A stretch of DNA of 64,000 nt from assembly GCA_963721805.1 (NCBI GenBank), contig CAVRJY010000002.1, forward strand, positions 256,001 through 320,000, in the 5' to 3' direction. The notes under the pieces are model-generated. The model did not search any database and was not told the origin of the DNA. It was given only the letters and a program-made list of their open reading frames with translations. Positions 60,610-64,000 of the stretch are shown here, piece by piece. A program made the translations under genes and the position numbers. This DNA is from Nitrospirota bacterium (GTDB taxonomy: Bacteria; Nitrospirota; Thermodesulfovibrionia; Thermodesulfovibrionales; JdFR-86). Position 1 is the first letter of the stretch. Each line of letters opens with the position of its first letter.

Positions 60610-61926
60610 TTATTTCAAATAGCCCCATTTTCTCAGCAATGCCTTATCCTTTTCAATAAACTGAAGACCAATGTCATTTCTATAAAACATCTTGGGTATC
60701 AGGATTTTGTCTGTCAATTCATATGCTTTATCTCTTGCCTTTTGAACTGTTTTCCCAACGCCTGTAACACACATAACATACCCGCCATTAGCGGATATGA
60801 CATATTCCTGTTCATCGCTACTATTAACATCCGATGAAACTTCCGAGAAATGTATATGCGTCCATTCTTCGTCAGTTAATTTCTGACGAAAGAATATCCT
60901 CAATCCTTGCGGATTATACTTACCGTTGATAGGAGTGTAAGGAAATGGAGGAACGGCAAGCAGGACTACAATACCGAAGCCTCTTCTCCATTTCAGATCA
61001 AAGGGTTTACCATCAGCTATTGCCTTTAATAATTCACCCGACTTGGACAGATTGAGGACACTTCGCAGATGCACGGCTGGATAGCCAAATCTTGGAGTAG
61101 CCTCTAAGGGGGTGGCCCCTGTTTCGTTGACAATACAATTGATGTCAATATCTCCCCTAAAGTCTATTTTCTGGAGATAGGGTTTCAGTTTTGCAAGAGT
61201 TTCATTAAACAGTTTGTTGTCCTCATTGTCGTCATACCACATGAGCGTTCCCATCTCTGATGTCTTTGGACCAAGATTTCCGGGGAACAATTTCTTGTGC
61301 TCGATATTCATTTCAATGGGGCCGACCCAATCTTTCCCGTTAAAATACCGCGCAACAGCTATCTCAACTCCATTGACCATTTGTTGTAAATCAATGGAGC
61401 GGCACTCCGTGTTATTAAACTTTGCATAATTACTGAGCAGGCTGATTACATCACTGCCGTCGGGCATTCTTCCAACATAAGAAAAACATTTATCAGCATG
61501 ACCATTTTGTTTAACAACCCATTGCCCACGATTTTTCTCAATAAAAGTTATAGCATCCTTAGGTGATACGAAATGCCGTGATTGCACAGTCTTCAACCCG
61601 CATTTCTTGAATATTTGTTGTGCATGGAACCTGTCAAACTCTAAACTATCGCCACCCTCCGAGCCGCCCACTACGGAATATCCCTGCTCCCTGAGCTCAT
61701 CCTGTATTTTCCCAAACCCCGACTGGTCAAAAATTATGAGACCATCCTTGCCGACCCATGGGAGTTCTTTTTCCCAATTTTTCACTTTGGTCAGTCCGAA
61801 GCCATCACCGACCTTTGAAAAAGCTCGTTCTTTGATGAATACCTTTACTTCATGCCCTTCCTGTTTCAGCCTTTGAGCAAGGTCTAATATATCACCATCT
61901 CTGCTTATTATTATTATTATTCTCAT
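60610..61926 (-). CDS. PurD-like ATP-grasp ligase (divergent)
   Basis: LEFDR, WVVKQNG, GVEIA, EHKKLFPGNLGPKTSEMGT, DIDINC, LEATPRFG, YRNDIG. Confidence 0.8.
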   Translation of the reverse strand: MRIIIIISRDGDILDLAQRLKQEGHEVKVFIKERAFSKVGDGFGLTKVKNWEKELPWVGKDGLIIFDQSGFGKIQDELREQGYSVVGGSEGGDSLEFDRFHAQQIFKKCGLKTVQSRHFVSPKDAITFIEKNRGQWVVKQNGHADKCFSYVGRMPDGSDVISLLSNYAKFNNTECRSIDLQQMVNGVEIAVARYFNGKDWVGPIEMNIEHKKLFPGNLGPKTSEMGTLMWYDDNEDNKLFNETLAKLKPYLQKIDFRGDIDINCIVNETGATPLEATPRFGYPAVHLRSVLNLSKSGELLKAIADGKPFDLKWRRGFGIVVLLAVPPFPYTPINGKYNPQGLRIFFRQKLTDEEWTHIHFSEVSSDVNSSDEQEYVISANGGYVMCVTGVGKTVQKARDKAYELTDKILIPKMFYRNDIGLQFIEKDKALLRKWGYLK

Positions 61927-61938
61927 GGTTGTTACAGG

Positions 61939-62482
61939 CTAATCCTGTTTCCTCCATCTTTGGATTCGATTAATTTTCTCTTCTAGAAACCACTGAAAGT
62001 AACCTTTATATCTTTTCTGTAGGTCAGGCAGTTTCCAATCATTATCAGTCACATGTGTTCTGCATTGTTTTGCACCACACAGACATTTAATTTTGTATGG
62101 TCTTGTCCCTTTCGTTCTTGAAAGCACCATTCCATAATCAAAAGTCACTTCCGCCCCCCCCCCGTATATTCTTCATCGCCACGAGGAATATCTGCCCTTT
62201 AAAGCCTGCATTCGGGTTACAGCTATGATTTATAAATGTGCCGTCAACTTTCGCCTCAGATATACTTCTTATGCCTATGATAAATTCTTCACTTATTTGC
62301 ATTCCGTAATCTCTTATGGATTCAGGTAATTTTTCCTCTTCTGCGCTCGTCATAATGTATCCACCAAATATGCATAAAAGGGTTCCCTTGCGAATAGCTT
62401 CTTTCGCATAAAGCCCTTTGCCCGTTAACTTAGTAATACGCAGCTGAAGTTTTGGGTTTATCCATGAAAAGGGGTGTTCCAT
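61939..62482 (-). pseudogene. SET-domain methyltransferase with post-SET cysteines, split by a frameshift at a G10 tract
   Basis: GKGLYA, INHSCNPN in ORF 62138-62482; EVTFDY and CLCGAKQCR in the adjacent frame. Confidence 0.85.
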
Positions 62483-62486
62483 GATT

Positions 62487-62888
62487 TTATTGCGTAGGTG
62501 AGATAACCCTAAACCCCCGTTTCATCTTTCTTGCCTTGACCCTATCATGCTTGAGGTTGTCCGTAATGTGCTTTACGATGCTGTCCGTCTCGGCTTTCCC
62601 TCCGCATGTGAAGACATCACAGGCGACATATTCATATTCATACCAAGTGTGGAATGATATGTGAGAAGCGGACAGAAGGAAATACCCCGTGAGTCCGTAT
62701 GGGGAAAACTTGTAGAAGTGCTTATTCAGCAGCTTTGCCTCTGTCCCAGCCATGGCTTTCGTCAACAGCTTTTCCCAAAAGGGCTGGGAGTTTAGCTGCC
62801 GCTTGTTGCACCCGAAAAACTCCAACAGGTAATGCACCCCATCGGGCGCACTATTCTTCAGATGCGTCTTGCTTCCCTTATTGGTCAA
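62487..62888 (-). CDS. SpeD-like pyruvoyl-dependent decarboxylase C
   Basis: GVHYLLEFFGC, FSPYGLTG, LSASHISFHTW, DVFTCG. Confidence 0.8.
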   Translation of the reverse strand: MTNKGSKTHLKNSAPDGVHYLLEFFGCNKRQLNSQPFWEKLLTKAMAGTEAKLLNKHFYKFSPYGLTGYFLLSASHISFHTWYEYEYVACDVFTCGGKAETDSIVKHITDNLKHDRVKARKMKRGFRVISPTQ

Positions 62889-62972
62889 GAAGACATCCCC
62901 CTATAAGGCCGTAACATCAGGAATAATTATACATTATTTTCAATTGGCATGCGGGAATTTCTGCTGTAGCCG

Positions 62973-63380
62973 CTACGCAATGTTGCATATGGGATATTTC
63001 GTCCCTCTCTTGATGAAATTGGTTTCGATCTCGTGAAGGGCGAACTTCTCTCTAAAATAGCTTTCAATTATCGCGGGCTCCATTCCGTTTTTGCAGGAAT
63101 AGACATCGGCGCTCAGAAACCTGCGGGCCGGAAAAGTATGGATACTGATATGGCTTTCGGCCACGACCACAAATCCGCTCCAGCCGCCGGGGTCTTTGCC
63201 AAAAGTATCGGGAGCAAAATATACCTGAGGCTCTGCCAGCTTGTTCATGCCGAGGGAATCCGGCAACTCATGAAACACGCTTAAGACCAGCTCTCGGTTA
63301 TTGAGCTTTTCAGGATCGCCGCCGTAACCGTCGATGGTTAAATGTTCGCCAAAATTACAGAATGAACTTTTCGTGTTCAC
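62973..63380 (-). CDS. SpeD-like pyruvoyl-dependent decarboxylase B
   Basis: FGEHLTIDGY, KDPGGWSG, VAESHISIHTFP, DVYSC; close paralog of 54982-55386. Confidence 0.85.
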   Translation of the reverse strand: MNTKSSFCNFGEHLTIDGYGGDPEKLNNRELVLSVFHELPDSLGMNKLAEPQVYFAPDTFGKDPGGWSGFVVVAESHISIHTFPARRFLSADVYSCKNGMEPAIIESYFREKFALHEIETNFIKRGTKYPICNIA

Positions 63381-63442
63381 GTTCTCCTTAACTCGCTGTC
63401 TTGACAGCCTTATTCTTCGCGTTAGACTGAATTTGATGCCCT

Positions 63443-63470
63443 TAAGCTCCTCTTTGTAAAGAGGAGCTTA
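63443..63470. promoter_or_regulatory. Perfect 13-2-13 inverted repeat upstream of the serine recombinase
   Basis: TAAGCTCCTCTTT-GT-AAAGAGGAGCTTA. Confidence 0.6.
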
Positions 63471-63485
63471 GAGCCCGAAAGAGGT

Positions 63486-64000
63486 ATGAATCATGGGAAA
63501 CAAAGCAAAAAAAAGCAGAAGGTAGTCGCCTACTGCCGGGTATCCACTTTGGAGCAGAAAAAGCGGGGACATGGGATCGATATTCAGATTCGAGACGTTT
63601 CGATATTTGCCGAACGGCACGGGATGATGGTTGAAAAGTTCTACATGGATGAAGCAGTAAGCGGCACTAAGGAAAATAGAAAAGCCCTGAATCAACTGAT
63701 GAGAGATTGCAGGGCCGGAAGGATTGGCATCGTGATCCTCCCCTCGTTAGATCGGCTTTCGAGGGAAGTCAGGATCGCTGAAAACCTGTTTCATGAATTT
63801 GAAAAGCTGCGAATCAAAATTCTCATCGCCGATATGCCGCAGTATAACGGGGAACACAAGGATATTTTGATCAGGCAGATTCTTGAAGCTATTTCAGAGG
63901 AGAACCGCCGGGAGATAATTGAAAGATTGCTGAAAGGACGGCAGGAACGAGTCAGGAAAGGCTTATTCCCCGGCGGCACTCTGCCCTATGGCTACGTTAG
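63486..64000 (+). CDS. Large serine recombinase (truncated by the window end; not in the ORF track)
   Basis: MNHGKQSKKKQKVVAYCRVSTLEQ..DEAVSG..LDRLSR..GGTLPYGY; SD GAGG. Confidence 0.9.
   Translation, partial: MNHGKQSKKKQKVVAYCRVSTLEQKKRGHGIDIQIRDVSIFAERHGMMVEKFYMDEAVSGTKENRKALNQLMRDCRAGRIGIVILPSLDRLSREVRIAENLFHEFEKLRIKILIADMPQYNGEHKDILIRQILEAISEENRREIIERLLKGRQERVRKGLFPGGTLPYGYV

Larger units (their letters stand above)
45467..64000. mobile_element. Composite genomic island at tRNA-Leu (right end outside the window)
   Basis: Abrupt GC drop after the tRNA; adjacent integrase; TGGGGAAAGT direct repeats at 45527 and 45538; three recombinases. Confidence 0.9.

Noticed and set aside
60610..61926. 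Calling the ATP-grasp gene a housekeeping purD
   Set aside because: It lacks the GxGGREHA N-terminal motif of typical bacterial PurD and has no pur context, so it is kept as PurD-like.

Overview
The window has two parts. Positions 1-45466 are high-GC bacterial chromosome; gene content and style suggest Nitrospirota or a deltaproteobacteria-like lineage, which is inference. This part holds ilvD, a decaheme cytochrome/porin-hflX-ahbD-hemE-hemH-hemG(Y)-PPIase run, iscR-tusA-iscS-iscU, speD, an ArsR with an unannotated 53-aa Cys-rich peptide, a P-type H+-ATPase, c-di-GMP genes, an intact IS481, three small MITE/ERIC-like elements, relA/spoT, an orphan flagellin, a NosL/ABC cluster, tyrS and four tRNAs. 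From tRNA-Leu(TAA) at 45466 to the window end is a lower-GC composite genomic island. It carries two tyrosine integrase/excisionase pairs, a degraded ArdC-like gene, a VirD4-like ATPase, an attP-like tRNA-Glu half and a 1007-aa protein with an alarmone-synthetase domain. It also carries an 8.4-kb cluster of three SpeD-like decarboxylases, SET, PurD-like ATP-grasp, two GNAT + membrane-protein pairs and a 7TM kinase with two receivers, followed by a large serine recombinase. That cluster and the giant RelA_SpoT-domain protein are the best candidates for undescribed systems.
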